Positions 31,014 to 42,290 of a DNA stretch of 64,000 bases are shown here, one piece after another. This DNA is from Gemmatimonadota bacterium (lineage in GTDB: Bacteria > Gemmatimonadota > Gemmatimonadetes > Gemmatimonadales > GWC2-71-9). The notes below the pieces were generated by a model that saw only the letters and a list, made by a program, of their open reading frames with translations, was not told the DNA's origin and searched no databases. A program made the position numbers and the translations under genes. Each line of letters opens with the position of its first letter. Within the stretch, counting starts at the first letter, position 1. The stretch covers positions 48,769 to 112,768 of the forward strand of contig QHUT01000053.1 of NCBI GenBank assembly GCA_003222055.1, in the 5' to 3' direction.

Positions 31014-32146
31014 GCCGTCCTCGCCTTCGCCACCGCCTGCTTGACGGCCTCGTCCATGTCGCTGAGGGCGGAGAAGCCCGCCTTGGTAAGAATCTCGATG
31101 GCAAGCTCCTCGTTCGTGCCCGTGAGACGGATCACCAGCGGCACCTTGAGCGCCAACTGCCCCGTGGCCTGCACGATGCCGTTCGCCACGTCGTCGCCGC
31201 GCGTGATGCCGCCGAAGATATTGAAGAGGATGGCGCGGACGCTCGGGTCCGCGGTGATGATCCGGAGGGCGCTGACCACCTTCTGTGGGTCGGAGCTGCC
31301 GCCGATGTCGAGGAAGTTCGCCGGCTCGCCGCCGTAGTACTTGACGAGGTCCATCGTCGCCATCGCGAGCCCGGCGCCGTTGACGCAACACCCCACCGAG
31401 CCGTCGAGCTTGATGAACGTAAGGCCCGCCTCGCGCGCCGCGACTTCGGAGGGCGCTTCCGCGCTCGTGTCGCGCAACGCCGCCAGCTCGGGGTGCCGGG
31501 TCAGCTCGTTGTCGTCGATCACGATCTTGGCGTCCAGCGCGGCGAGCGCGCCGTCCCGGGTCGTCGCCAGCGGGTTGATCTCGGCGAGCGAGGCGCCGAC
31601 GGCGTAGAACGCCCCGTAAAGCCGTTGCATGATGTCCGCGGCCGCCCGTGCCCGCGTCAGGTCCCCGTAGAGCTTGAGGGCCACGCCGAGGGCCTGATGC
31701 GGGAGCACGCCGTAGCGTGGGTCGACGGCGAGGCGGTGGATCTTCTCCGGGGCCTGGACCGCCACCTCCTCGATGTCGACGCCGCCCGCGGCGCTCACCA
31801 TCAGCATGGGGCGCTGCGACGCACGGTCCACGACGATGCCCAGGTAGCTCTCGGCGGTGATCTCGGCGGCCGGTGCGATGAGCACACGCTGCACCACGAG
31901 CCCTTTGATCGTCATGCCGAGGATCTTGGCGGCGTGCGCGGCGGCCTCGGCCGCGTCGCGGGCCAGCTTGACGCCACCGGCCTTGCCGCGGCCCCCGGCA
32001 TGCACCTGCGCCTTGACGACCACCGCCCCGCCCAACCGCGCAGCGATGGCGCGGGCCTGGTCGGCGCTCGTGGCGACCTCGCCCGGGGGAACCGGAATGC
32101 CGTGGCGCCGCAGGATATCACGCGCCTGGTACTCGTGCAGGTTCAC
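31010..32146 (-). CDS. sucC: Succinyl-CoA synthetase beta subunit
   Basis: [45 protein letters not shown]. Confidence 0.98.
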   Translation of the reverse strand: MNLHEYQARDILRRHGIPVPPGEVATSADQARAIAARLGGAVVVKAQVHAGGRGKAGGVKLARDAAEAAAHAAKILGMTIKGLVVQRVLIAPAAEITAESYLGIVVDRASQRPMLMVSAAGGVDIEEVAVQAPEKIHRLAVDPRYGVLPHQALGVALKLYGDLTRARAAADIMQRLYGAFYAVGASLAEINPLATTRDGALAALDAKIVIDDNELTRHPELAALRDTSAEAPSEVAAREAGLTFIKLDGSVGCCVNGAGLAMATMDLVKYYGGEPANFLDIGGSSDPQKVVSALRIITADPSVRAILFNIFGGITRGDDVANGIVQATGQLALKVPLVIRLTGTNEELAIEILTKAGFSALSDMDEAVKQAVAKARTA

Positions 32147-33093
32147 GCTGGCTCCCTGGTGACCGTCGTGCCGGCCTCGCCCGCGAGCGCCGCCAGGCCT
32201 TGCGACAGCTCGGCGATGACGGCGCGCCCGCCGCCGGCGCGCACGAAGTCGGCCGCGGCCTCGACCTTGGGGCGCATGCTGCCGGTGCCGAGCTCGGTGC
32301 CGGCGAGCAAGTGATCCGCGGTCGCTAGGTCGAGGCGCCGGATGGCGCGCTGGTACGCCGTGCCGTATCCGTGGTACACGGCGTCGACGTTGGTGAGAAT
32401 CAGCAGGACATCGGCCTCGATATCGCGACCGAGGATTGCCGCGACCCGGTCCTTGTCGGCGACCGCGTCGATGCCCTCGAGTCGCAGCGCGGGGTCGTCA
32501 TACACCGGGGGGCCGCCGCCCCCGCAGGCGACGACGATGTGTCCGGCGGCGACGAGGTGACGGATCATGTCGCGCTCGACGACCGCGATGGGCTTCGGGC
32601 TCGGCGCGAGCCGCCGCCAGCGGCCCGGCTGCTCCTCCTTCACGGCGACACCGCGCGCCTGCAGCCGCGCCACGCGCACCGGATCGAGCGCGTGGCCGAT
32701 CGGCTTGGTGGGAGTTCGTAGATTGGCGTCGTTCGCATCGCACAGCGTCTGGCTGATGACGGTGACCACCTGGCGCGTGACGCCCGCACGGGCCAACGCG
32801 TTTTGCAGCGACTGCTGAATCATGTACCCCATCCACCCCGCCGTCGCCGCGACCAGCACCCCCAGCGGCAGCGGCTCGACCTGGTCGGCGGCGATCTCGT
32901 TGCGCGCGAGGTCGTCTCCCACCTGCGGGCCGTTGCCGTGCACGAGGGAGATCCGCCACCCGGCCCGCGCCAGATCCACGATTGGCACGAGGCTGGCGCG
33001 GGTGTGCCGGAACTGATTCGCGATCGTGGGGCGCTCCCCCGGCGGAGCGACGGCGTTGCCGCCGAGGGCGACGACGATGGTGCCCGGATGCAC
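32143..33093 (-). CDS. arcC: Carbamate kinase
   Basis: VALGGNA, HGNGPQVG, PTKPIG, CGGGG, DKD, GSMRPK. Confidence 0.93.
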   Translation of the reverse strand: MHPGTIVVALGGNAVAPPGERPTIANQFRHTRASLVPIVDLARAGWRISLVHGNGPQVGDDLARNEIAADQVEPLPLGVLVAATAGWMGYMIQQSLQNALARAGVTRQVVTVISQTLCDANDANLRTPTKPIGHALDPVRVARLQARGVAVKEEQPGRWRRLAPSPKPIAVVERDMIRHLVAAGHIVVACGGGGPPVYDDPALRLEGIDAVADKDRVAAILGRDIEADVLLILTNVDAVYHGYGTAYQRAIRRLDLATADHLLAGTELGTGSMRPKVEAAADFVRAGGGRAVIAELSQGLAALAGEAGTTVTREPA

Positions 33094-33105
33094 GGCGGCG
33101 AGAAC

Positions 33106-35610
33106 CTACCGGCGGTCGGGGGCCGGAGCAAGCTTCCGGCGCCCGATGCCGAGCAGCTCTTTCAGCTGGCCGTAGACGCGGCCGAACGTCTCGAGGTCGC
33201 CCGCGGCCAGGGCCGCGTCGGCCTGGGCCGCGAGGCGCCGCGCCTGCTGCCACCGCGCCACGAGCGTCGTGTCGGCGACCGCGCGCGCGCCGCTGCCGAG
33301 GGCCAGCAGCGCCCGCAGCGCCGCGGCCCGGCCCCGGCCCTGGCCGCGGCGCTCGCCCCACGACAGGAACAGCGTGTCGATGCCCACCGGCGGCGCGCCC
33401 GTGGACGGCTCGGCGAAGAGGGCCTGCTCGAGCAGCAACCCGCCGGCGGCGTTCCACAGGCGGGGAACGCCCGGAGCCGTGGTGGTGGGGGACCCGACGA
33501 GTGGGGGCGGGAGCCGCACTGCGGGGCTCGGCTGCCACAGCAGCACGCGCGGACCCGCGGGGAGCATCGTCGCGGCCACGAGCGCGGCGAACGTGCTCCC
33601 GGCCTCGAACCCCTGCCCGGTCCAGGGGCCGGATCCGGGCCCGGGGGCGTCCACCCCCCCGTCGGCCGTCGGGGCGACCAGGTCGTACGGGTCTCGGGGG
33701 CGCGCGGTCCACTCGGTCGTGTCGGAGCGCCAGCGCCGAATCAGCGTCGTGGCCGCGCGGAAGGTGCGGCCGGGGAACGGCAGTTGGCTGCTCACCGCGG
33801 CCGGGAGGCTGTCGAGCGGTTGAATGAGCGGAGCGAGCACGGCGGCCCAGGCGACCGCGAGCGAGTCGGCACCGGGGGCGAGGTAGAGCCTGGTGTCTCC
33901 GCGCGCGGCGTTCACCATGCCGACCAGCGCCGCGCGCAGATAGCGCAGCGTGCGCCCCTCGGACTCCACCGCGCGGGCGAGGGGAAACGCGTCCGCTTCG
34001 AGGTAGCCGTAGGACACCCACCAGAGCGCTTTGTTGGCCACGACTGGGGTGGCGGCGTCGAACGCCGCGTACGGCGCGAGCCGCCGCAATCGCTCCGTGA
34101 CGTCCCGTCGCCACAGCAGGACCAGACCGTCCGTCTCGCGGCGTGCGAGCGCCGGGCTTTGCAGCACCCAGGCGAGGGCGGTACGCCGCCACCAGTCGCT
34201 GAGCGGGATTCCGGTCCGGCGCAGCGCGGGCCACGTGTCGGGTGCCGCGATCGCGAACTCGCGGAATGCCGGTCCGAACCAGCCGACGGAGTCGTGCGTG
34301 GGAAGAGGCTCGAAATCGAGGACGGTGTCGTCCTCGACGGCTGCGATCGGCCGCCCGGCCCGGGCCCAGGTACCGCGGTGGAGCGCCGTCCAGTCCGGCG
34401 GAGGCTGGGTGCGCGCGATGGCCTCCAGGTCGGGAGCAGGCGCGACGACCCACGTGGCGCGCCCACCCGCCAGGGAGTGCGCGGACAGGGCCGCGGCGGC
34501 GGGCTTGTCGCCTGGCCCGAGCAGCTCGCGGTGCTGCCACGCCGCCGCCATGACGCGCGAGGCGTTCCACGCCGGCATCGCGGTGACCGCCGCATCGGGG
34601 CTCGGGAAGCCGGGAGGAGGGCGCTCCGCCGGCGCCGTCACACCGAACGCGAGCTCCTCCAGCTCGCGCGCGGCCGCCGCGCGCGCCGTGTCGGCAAGCG
34701 GCCCCGCGGCCCCGCGGCCGCCGCGTCCGGACAGCGAGCTCGGAATCAGGACGAATCCGAGCAACGACGCCGCCAGCAAGGCTCCCCATGCGCCGAGCAG
34801 CAGCGCGGGCCTCTCGCGCACTCCCCACACCACGCTCGCCGCGGTCGCCGCCGCCCCAAGCGCGACAACGACCGGGGCTGCCGTGAGCCGGGCATCGCGC
34901 GCGCCGCCCGTGAGGTCGCCATGCAGTCCGGCCACCGTCTGGGCGGGATCGAGCACGGCGCCCCACGTGAGCGTCACGGCGAGCAGCGCGAGCAACACGC
35001 CGAGGTGCGCCCGCGCGTGCGCGTTGGCGGACGGCAGCCACCGCCGGAACCGCAGCGATCCGATCCCGGCGTACAGCAGCCCGACGACGACGGTGGCCGA
35101 GCTCACGGCCGCGAGCGCGAGACCTCGCAGCCGTTCGCTCCAGGGCAGTGTCCCGAGGTAGTAACCCACGTCGCGGTGCAGCACTGGATCGCTGACGCCG
35201 AAGCGGACGCCGTGCGCCGCGATCACGGCGCTCATCCACCAGTCGCGCGTCCCCAGCGCGAGGAGGAAGCCGAACACCAGGCCGCTCGCGACGGTGCCCG
35301 CGAGCAGGGCCGGTTGCGGCACGACCTGAACGATCTCGAGATCGCCGAGCCGACGGGACAGCTGCATCGAGCCGATCGACCGGTACACGAACAGCAGGTT
35401 GCTCGTGCCCCACGCGACGGTCGCGAGTAGCAGCAGCCCGGACACCAGGCGCGCGACGTCCCGGGCCTTGAGATAGGCGCCGCCGCCCGGGAGACTGGTG
35501 GCCCACACCCGCTCCGCCGTTTCGAACGCGGCCCAGCGCCCTCCCACGAGTATCACCACCAGCAATCCGACGGCGACGAGCAACGCCCAGCGACGGGCGG
35601 CTTGCCTCAC
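33106..35610 (-). CDS. UPF0182 family membrane protein (divergent)
   Basis: Multi-TM N-half, DPVLHRDVGYYL..LP, RRDVTERLRRLAPY..D, RYLR, AGDLETFG C-terminus. Confidence 0.8.
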   Translation of the reverse strand: MRQAARRWALLVAVGLLVVILVGGRWAAFETAERVWATSLPGGGAYLKARDVARLVSGLLLLATVAWGTSNLLFVYRSIGSMQLSRRLGDLEIVQVVPQPALLAGTVASGLVFGFLLALGTRDWWMSAVIAAHGVRFGVSDPVLHRDVGYYLGTLPWSERLRGLALAAVSSATVVVGLLYAGIGSLRFRRWLPSANAHARAHLGVLLALLAVTLTWGAVLDPAQTVAGLHGDLTGGARDARLTAAPVVVALGAAATAASVVWGVRERPALLLGAWGALLAASLLGFVLIPSSLSGRGGRGAAGPLADTARAAAARELEELAFGVTAPAERPPPGFPSPDAAVTAMPAWNASRVMAAAWQHRELLGPGDKPAAAALSAHSLAGGRATWVVAPAPDLEAIARTQPPPDWTALHRGTWARAGRPIAAVEDDTVLDFEPLPTHDSVGWFGPAFREFAIAAPDTWPALRRTGIPLSDWWRRTALAWVLQSPALARRETDGLVLLWRRDVTERLRRLAPYAAFDAATPVVANKALWWVSYGYLEADAFPLARAVESEGRTLRYLRAALVGMVNAARGDTRLYLAPGADSLAVAWAAVLAPLIQPLDSLPAAVSSQLPFPGRTFRAATTLIRRWRSDTTEWTARPRDPYDLVAPTADGGVDAPGPGSGPWTGQGFEAGSTFAALVAATMLPAGPRVLLWQPSPAVRLPPPLVGSPTTTAPGVPRLWNAAGGLLLEQALFAEPSTGAPPVGIDTLFLSWGERRGQGRGRAAALRALLALGSGARAVADTTLVARWQQARRLAAQADAALAAGDLETFGRVYGQLKELLGIGRRKLAPAPDRR

Positions 35611-36983
35611 GCGCGATCGCTCTGGGCGGCAAGCCAGCCTTCGACCTCCGCCCGGTAGGCGGCGAGCGCCGCGGCGCTCGCCGCTTCGAAGCGGAGCACG
35701 AGCACCGGCTGCGTGTTGGACGCGCGTAACAGCCCCCACCCCTCGTCAAAGGTGATGCGGACTCCGTCCAGCGTGGCGACGGGATACTTGGCGGCGAAGT
35801 GGCGCGCGGCTCGCTCGACGACGGCGAACTTACGCTCGTCGGGGCAGTCCACCCGCAGCTCCGGGGTGGAGACGGTCGCGGGGAGGTCCGCGAAGTGCCG
35901 CGACAGCGGTCCGCCCTGCTCCGCCAGGTAGCGGAGCAGGCGCGCCGCGGCGAAGAGTGCGTCGTCGAAGCCGTACCAGTCTCCCCCGAAGAACATGTGG
36001 CCGCTCATCTCCCCGGCGAGGGGAGCGTGTGTCTCCTTCATCTTCTGTTTGATGAGGGAATGACCCGTCTTCCACATGGTGGGCTGGAGACCGACGCGGG
36101 CGAGCTCGCGCGGCAGCACCTCGGAGCACTTCACGTCGAAGATCACGGGGTGGCCGGGGCCCATGCGGCGCGCCAGATCGCGGCCGAGCAGCACCAGCAG
36201 CTGGTCGCCGAGCACCGCCCTCCCCTGCTCGTCCACGGCGCCGATGCGGTCGCCGTCGCCGTCGAACGCGATGCCCAGCTCCGCCCCTTCGCGTCGCACC
36301 GCCGCCTGCAGGTCGTGGAGGTTCTCGAGCACCGTGGGGTCGGGGTGATGGTTTGGGAACGTCCCATCCGAGGTGCAGAATAACGGCACGACGTCCGCAC
36401 CGAGCTCCCGGAGGGTCTCCACGGCCACGAGGCTCGCCACGCCGTTGCCGCAATCCACGACGACCTTGACCCGCCGGGGGAGTGGCCCGTTGCGTTGCAC
36501 GATCGCGGCGCGATAGCGCGCCAACACGGAGTCGTCGACGCCGCGCGAGCCGCCGGCGCGGCCGGGTGTGCGATCGTCTTCGATCAGGCGCCGCAGACCC
36601 TGGATGGCCGCGCCGGCGACCGACTCGGCGCCGAGCACGAGCTTGAAGCCGTTGAACTCGGGCGGGTTGTGCGACCCGGTGACCTGGACGCCGCCGTCGA
36701 CGTTCAGGACGTGGGTGGCGAAGTACAGCGCGGGCGTCGGCAGCTCGCCGACGTCCAGCGCGAGGCCGCCCACGGCCTCGATCCCGGATAGCACGCCGTG
36801 GGCCAGGGCGGCGCCGGAGGGCCGGTTGTCGCGTCCCACCGCGAGGCGGGGGGCGCGACCGAAACGCTCCCAGCCGAGCGTCGCGACCGCCTGTCCGATG
36901 GCGCGCGCGACTTCGGGACGCAGCTGGTCGCCCACGATGCCGCGGATGTCGTACTCGCGGAAGATCGAGGCCGGGAGCTGCAC
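35607..36983 (-). CDS. Phosphomannomutase/phosphoglucomutase
   Basis: IFREYDIRG, TGSHNP, FDGDGDR, GEMSGH, RASNTQP. Confidence 0.96.
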   Translation of the reverse strand: MQLPASIFREYDIRGIVGDQLRPEVARAIGQAVATLGWERFGRAPRLAVGRDNRPSGAALAHGVLSGIEAVGGLALDVGELPTPALYFATHVLNVDGGVQVTGSHNPPEFNGFKLVLGAESVAGAAIQGLRRLIEDDRTPGRAGGSRGVDDSVLARYRAAIVQRNGPLPRRVKVVVDCGNGVASLVAVETLRELGADVVPLFCTSDGTFPNHHPDPTVLENLHDLQAAVRREGAELGIAFDGDGDRIGAVDEQGRAVLGDQLLVLLGRDLARRMGPGHPVIFDVKCSEVLPRELARVGLQPTMWKTGHSLIKQKMKETHAPLAGEMSGHMFFGGDWYGFDDALFAAARLLRYLAEQGGPLSRHFADLPATVSTPELRVDCPDERKFAVVERAARHFAAKYPVATLDGVRITFDEGWGLLRASNTQPVLVLRFEAASAAALAAYRAEVEGWLAAQSDRA

Positions 36984-36997
36984 TGGACCCCGGCGCC

Positions 36998-38503
36998 TCA
37001 GCGGCCCGTGGCGGGCGTCGCCGCGCGGGCCGGTGGCACGATCGCGCTGGATCTCGCCAGGTCGAGCAGCGGGTTCGGGCGAACGCCGAGCACGAGCAAC
37101 CCGACGACGCACGCCGCCACGACGACGGCGGCCGGGCGGCCGAGCCGCACCCCGGCATGGGCCTGGTCGAACGGCTGGGGCTTCATGTACATCGCCATGA
37201 TCACCGGCAGATAGTAGCCCGCGGATACGACACTCGTAAGCACCAGGATCGCGGCGAGCACGTTCTCGTGCGCCATCGTCGCCGCGACCAGGATGTACCA
37301 CTTGCCGATGAAACCGGCGGTCCCCGGAAATCCCAGCAGGGACAGCATACAGACCGCGAGCGCCAGGGCGAGCCACGGCCGGCGCTGGCCCAGGCCAGCG
37401 AGGTCGTCGATCCGGACGTCCCGCTCGCCTTCCCGCCCCTGGGCGGCGAGCAACGCGAACGCCGCGAGGGTGACGAGCGTGTAGGCGAAGAGATAGGCCA
37501 GCAGCGCCGCCGACCCCGCCCAGCTGGCGGCAGCGACCGCCACCAGCAGGTACCCGGCATGGGCGACGGACGAGTACGCGAGCATGCGCTTCACCGTATG
37601 CTGGGCCAGCGCGATGAAGTTGCCCACGACCATCGTCGCGACCGCGAGCCACCACACGATCGGCTTCCACGCGGTCACGCCGCCGAACGCCTCGACCAGC
37701 ACGCGGAACAGCGCGGCGAACGCGGCGGCTTTCACTGCAGTGGCCATGTAACCCGTCACGGGCGTGGGTGAGCCGTCGTATACGTCGGGCGCCCACATGT
37801 GGAACGGCACCGCCGCCACCTTGAAGCCGAACCCCACGAGCACCAGTCCCAGACCGATGAGGAGCATCGGGCTCTGCACGAGGGACAGCGAGCGCACCTG
37901 GGCGGCGATCTGCGTCAAGTTGGTGGTCGCGGTGGCGCCATACACGAGAGCGATGCCATACAGCAGGAACCCGGATGCGAATGCCCCGAGCAGAAAGTAC
38001 TTGAGCGCCGCCTCGGCGGCGGCGCCGCTCCGGCGATCGATCCCCGCGAGCACGTACACCGACACCGACATCAGCTCGAGGCCGAGGAAAACCACCATCA
38101 AGTCCTCCCCCCCCGCCATGAGCATCATCCCGAGGGTCGCAAACAGGAGCAGGACGTAATACTCGGGCACGAGCAGCCCTTCGCGCTCCAGGTAGTCGAA
38201 CGAGACGAGCACGGTGAGCCCCGCGGCGGCGAGAAACAGCCCGTCCGTGACGAAACGGAAGTCGTCTACCGCGATCATGGACGGCGGGCCCGCCGCCCGC
38301 GCGGTGTGCCACCACAGCCACCACACCGCCACCCCGCCGGCCACGAGGCCGGTCAGGGTCACCCAGCCGGCAATCCGCAGGTCCCGGCCGCTCGTGTGGC
38401 GCCAGGCCGTCACGAGCAGGACGAGCATGCCCGCCGCGGTCAGCGTCAGCTCGGGCAAGAGGGCGCGCGCCAGGTCGCCGGTGCTCGTCAAGTCGAGATT
38501 CAT
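36998..38503 (-). CDS. nuoN: NADH-quinone oxidoreductase subunit N
   Basis: EAALKYFLLG, FKVAAVPFHMWAPDVYDG, KRMLAYSS. Confidence 0.96.
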   Translation of the reverse strand: MNLDLTSTGDLARALLPELTLTAAGMLVLLVTAWRHTSGRDLRIAGWVTLTGLVAGGVAVWWLWWHTARAAGPPSMIAVDDFRFVTDGLFLAAAGLTVLVSFDYLEREGLLVPEYYVLLLFATLGMMLMAGGEDLMVVFLGLELMSVSVYVLAGIDRRSGAAAEAALKYFLLGAFASGFLLYGIALVYGATATTNLTQIAAQVRSLSLVQSPMLLIGLGLVLVGFGFKVAAVPFHMWAPDVYDGSPTPVTGYMATAVKAAAFAALFRVLVEAFGGVTAWKPIVWWLAVATMVVGNFIALAQHTVKRMLAYSSVAHAGYLLVAVAAASWAGSAALLAYLFAYTLVTLAAFALLAAQGREGERDVRIDDLAGLGQRRPWLALALAVCMLSLLGFPGTAGFIGKWYILVAATMAHENVLAAILVLTSVVSAGYYLPVIMAMYMKPQPFDQAHAGVRLGRPAAVVVAACVVGLLVLGVRPNPLLDLARSSAIVPPARAATPATGR

Positions 38504-40008
38504 CGCGTCGCCGTGAACGTCGCGGCGTCGAGCCGGACCGATTGGACGAGGTTCTTTGCGGCGGGCTCCATCCGGCGCAGGATCGGCGCGGGGTACACGC
38601 CGATCCACACGATGCACGCGAGCAGCGGCACCAGCACGGCGATCTCGCGCGGCGACAGGTCGCGGAGCTGCTCGTTCTCGGGCTTGTCCAGCGGGTTGTA
38701 GATGACGCGCTGCAGGGCCGGCAGCAGGTACATCGCCGCCACGATCACGCCCGTCGCCGCGACGATGGCCGCGCGCGGATAGGTCGGGAACGCGCCCAGC
38801 AGCACCAGGAACTCGCCGACGAACCCGTTGGTGCCCGGGAGGCCGATCGAAGAGAGCGACACGATCGTGAGGGCTGCCGCGAGCAGCGGCACGACCTTCG
38901 CGATGCCGCCGAACGCGTCGATCAGGCGGGAGTGGCGCCGCTCATACAGCATCCCAGCGAGGAAGAACAGCGCTCCCGTGGAGATGCCGTGGTTGATCAT
39001 CACGAGCAGGGCGCCCTGGACGCTCTGGAGCGTGAGGGCCCAGATCCCCAGCATCACGAAGCCGAGGTGCGCCACCGATGAGTAGGCGATGAGCTTCTTG
39101 AAGTCGGGTTGGACCATCGCCACCAGGCCGCCGTACACGATCCCGATCAGGGCGAGCGTCACGATCCCCGCCTGGATCGCGGGGTGCAGGGCCACGCTGG
39201 GGAACAGCGGCAGCGCAAACCTGAGGAACCCGTAGGTCCCCATCTTGAGCAGCACCCCCGCGAGGATCACCGAGCCGGCGGTGGGGGCTTCCACGTGCGC
39301 GTCCGGGAGCCAGGTGTGGAACGGGAACATCGGCACCTTGATGGCGAACGCCAGGAAGAAGGCACCGAACAGCCAGAAGGCCGCGGGCCCGAGGCCGCCC
39401 AGGTGGGCGGTCAGGTACGCGTACGAGAAGGAATAGAGGCCCGTCTGCTGGCCGACGCGCAAGACGAGCACCAGGATCGCGACCAGCATCAACAGCGATC
39501 CGAAAAACGTATAGATGAAGAACTTGATGGCGGCGTACAGGCGACGCTCCCCGCCCCACACGCCGATGATGAAGTACATCGGGATGAGCATCACCTCCCA
39601 CATCACGTAGAACAGGAACAGATCGAGCGACACGAACACGCCGATCATCCCCGACGTGAGCACCAGCATCAGCGCGTAGAACCCGCGCTGCCGCGTGGTG
39701 ATGTAGGCGTAGCTGCCCAGCACCGACAGTGGGACCAGGAACGTCGTGAGCAGCACCATGAACAGCGAGATGCCGTCCACGCCGACCGTGTACCGGATGC
39801 CCCAGGCGGGAATCCACGGCAGGTCCAGCACGAACTGCATGCCCGCGGCCGGCTGGAAGGTCCACCACAGCGGAACCGAGATGACGAACTCCACGAGACT
39901 CGCGGCCAGGGCCACGTGTTTCGCCCAGCGCTCGGGCACGAGCAGCACGCCCGCGGCGGCGACGACGGGCCAGCCGAGGAGCGCGGTGAGCACCGCTTGC
40001 GAGTACAT
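38500..40008 (-). CDS. nuoM: NADH-quinone oxidoreductase subunit M
   Basis: WEVMLIPMY, KVPMFPFHTWLPDAHVEAP, PGTNGFVGE. Confidence 0.97.
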   Translation of the reverse strand: MYSQAVLTALLGWPVVAAAGVLLVPERWAKHVALAASLVEFVISVPLWWTFQPAAGMQFVLDLPWIPAWGIRYTVGVDGISLFMVLLTTFLVPLSVLGSYAYITTRQRGFYALMLVLTSGMIGVFVSLDLFLFYVMWEVMLIPMYFIIGVWGGERRLYAAIKFFIYTFFGSLLMLVAILVLVLRVGQQTGLYSFSYAYLTAHLGGLGPAAFWLFGAFFLAFAIKVPMFPFHTWLPDAHVEAPTAGSVILAGVLLKMGTYGFLRFALPLFPSVALHPAIQAGIVTLALIGIVYGGLVAMVQPDFKKLIAYSSVAHLGFVMLGIWALTLQSVQGALLVMINHGISTGALFFLAGMLYERRHSRLIDAFGGIAKVVPLLAAALTIVSLSSIGLPGTNGFVGEFLVLLGAFPTYPRAAIVAATGVIVAAMYLLPALQRVIYNPLDKPENEQLRDLSPREIAVLVPLLACIVWIGVYPAPILRRMEPAAKNLVQSVRLDAATFTATR

Positions 40009-40011
40009 GGG

Positions 40012-41994
40012 CTAGCGCACCACTGCGCCCACCACGGCGAGCACGCCGACCACGAACAGGACGACGTACACGCCGACTTCCCCGGTCTGCAGCCGGCTCC
40101 CCACCCACCCCAGGGCACGCGATGCGGCCGCCGTCCCGTTCACGAGCAGTCCGTCCACCAGCCGCTTGTCCACGATCTTCCACAGCACCTCGCGCGACAG
40201 CCACAAGACGGGTCGCACGACGATCGCGTCGTACAGCTCGTCCACGTACCACTTCTTCCAGAGGAGACGACCCAACCCCCGCGCCGGGGGTGCCAGCCGC
40301 GCCGGGACCAGCGCCTCCGGCCTGAGGAGCTGGAAGGCGCCGACCATCCCGAGCGCGGCCACGAGCACCGCGGACGCCACCAGCGCCCACGCGGTGGCGG
40401 GCGAGGCGTCTGGCGCCGGCGTGAGCGCGACATCGGTCACCGGCGCGAGCCAGTGTTCCAGCCGGGCGCCGCCGCCGAACAGCGGCGGGATGTTGAGCGC
40501 GCCGCCCAGCACGGTGAGCACGCCGAGCGCGACGAGCGGCCCGGTCATCACCGGGGGCGCCTCGTGCAGCTGCTCCCGCTCGCGATCGCCCGTGCGGTTC
40601 GGGCCGTGGAACGTGTAGAGCATGAGCCGCGTCATGTAGAAAGCCGTCAGCAGGGCCGCGGCGAGGCCCATCCCCCAGAACACGTACCACGCGGGCCGGA
40701 CCGCGCCGCGGGCGAAGGCCGCACCCAGGATCTCGTCCTTCGAAAAGAACCCGGCCAGGGGCGGGATGCCGGCGATGGCCAGGGTCGCGATCCACATGAG
40801 GGCGGCGGTCCACGGCATGTAGCGGGCGAGCCCACCCATGTTGCGCATGTCCTGCGCGTCCTCGTGAGCGTGGGTCGCATGGTACGCGCGGTGCATCGCG
40901 TGGATGACGCTCCCCGAGCCGAGGAACAGCAGGGCCTTGAAGAACGCGTGGGTCGTGAGGTGGAAAATGCCGGCGGCGTACGCCCCGGTGCCGACGCCGA
41001 GGAACATGTATCCCAGCTGGGAGACGGTCGAATACGCCAGCACGCGCTTGATGTCCCACTGCTTGAGGGCGATGGTCGCGGCGAACAGAGCCGTGAGTGC
41101 GCCGACTCCGGCGACCGTGGCGCTTCCCACGGGCGAGAGCGCGAACAGCGGGCCGCAGCGCGCCACCAGATAGACGCCCGCGGTCACCATCGTGGCGGCG
41201 TGGATCAGCGCCGAGACGGGGGTCGGACCCTGCATCGCGTCCGGCAGCCAGGTGTACAGGGGGATCTGCGCCGACTTCCCGGTACAGCCCAGGAACAGAA
41301 ACAGGGTGATGGCCGTGACCACGGGTCCTCCGGCCGGGAAGGCCGCGGAGGCCTTCGGGAATACCGCGCCGAAGTCGAGCGAGCCGGTGTGCCGGAAGAT
41401 CAGCAACATGGCGACCAGGAACCCGAAGTCCCCGATTCGGTTGACGACAAAGGCCTTCTTGCCGGCGTCGGCGTTGATTTTCTCCGTGAACCAGAACCCG
41501 ATCAACAGGTAGGAGCAGAGGCCCACGCCTTCCCAGCCCACGAACATCACGGGGAAGCTCGCGCCCAGCACCAGCGTCAGCATGAAGAACACGAACAGGT
41601 TCAGGTACGCGAAGTAGCGCGCGTAGCCGGGATCCCCACGCATGTAGCCGACGCTGAAGACGTGGATGAGGGCTCCGACGCCGGTGACGACGAGAATCAT
41701 CACCGCCGACAGCTGATCGAGCTGCAGCGCGAAGGCGACCTGCAGGTCGCCCACCGGGAGCCACTCCCAATAGCGGACCACCAGCGGGGCCGACGGGTGG
41801 AGCTGCGCCAGCGCGACCACGGCGAGCGCGGCGGCCGCGAACGCCAGCACCAGCACGCCGACGCCCACGAGCGAGACCGCGCGCTTCGCGCGCGGTGCGG
41901 CGAGCGCCAGCGCGCCGTTCACCACCGAGCCCGCGAGCGGGAGCGCGGGCACGACCCAGAGCAACGTCAGCGGGGGGAGCAGGGGGAGGGGCAT
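40012..41994 (-). CDS. nuoL: NADH-quinone oxidoreductase subunit L
   Basis: GWEGVGLCSYLLIGF, GKSAQIPLYTWLPDAM, HAFFKALLF. Confidence 0.97.
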   Translation of the reverse strand: MPLPLLPPLTLLWVVPALPLAGSVVNGALALAAPRAKRAVSLVGVGVLVLAFAAAALAVVALAQLHPSAPLVVRYWEWLPVGDLQVAFALQLDQLSAVMILVVTGVGALIHVFSVGYMRGDPGYARYFAYLNLFVFFMLTLVLGASFPVMFVGWEGVGLCSYLLIGFWFTEKINADAGKKAFVVNRIGDFGFLVAMLLIFRHTGSLDFGAVFPKASAAFPAGGPVVTAITLFLFLGCTGKSAQIPLYTWLPDAMQGPTPVSALIHAATMVTAGVYLVARCGPLFALSPVGSATVAGVGALTALFAATIALKQWDIKRVLAYSTVSQLGYMFLGVGTGAYAAGIFHLTTHAFFKALLFLGSGSVIHAMHRAYHATHAHEDAQDMRNMGGLARYMPWTAALMWIATLAIAGIPPLAGFFSKDEILGAAFARGAVRPAWYVFWGMGLAAALLTAFYMTRLMLYTFHGPNRTGDREREQLHEAPPVMTGPLVALGVLTVLGGALNIPPLFGGGARLEHWLAPVTDVALTPAPDASPATAWALVASAVLVAALGMVGAFQLLRPEALVPARLAPPARGLGRLLWKKWYVDELYDAIVVRPVLWLSREVLWKIVDKRLVDGLLVNGTAAASRALGWVGSRLQTGEVGVYVVLFVVGVLAVVGAVVR

Positions 41995-42290
41995 CAGCCC
42001 TTGAGCAGGTTGATGTGCTGCAGATCGACCGTGTGGCGGTGCCGGTACACGGCGAGGATGATCGCCAGTCCGACGGCGGCTTCGGCCGCCGCGACGGCCA
42101 TGACGAAGAAGACGAAAATCTGACCGGCGACGCCGAGCTGCTGCGCGAAGGCGACGAATGCCAGGTTGGCGGCGTTCAGCATCAACTCGACGCACATGAA
42201 GATGACGATCGCGTTGCGGCGCAGTAGCACGCCCAGCACGCCCAACGCGAACAGCGCTGCCGAGACGGCGAGGGCGGGTCCGAGCAGCAT
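41994..42290 (-). CDS. nuoK: NADH-quinone oxidoreductase subunit K
   Basis: [28 protein letters not shown]. Confidence 0.97.
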   Translation of the reverse strand: MLLGPALAVSAALFALGVLGVLLRRNAIVIFMCVELMLNAANLAFVAFAQQLGVAGQIFVFFVMAVAAAEAAVGLAIILAVYRHRHTVDLQHINLLKG

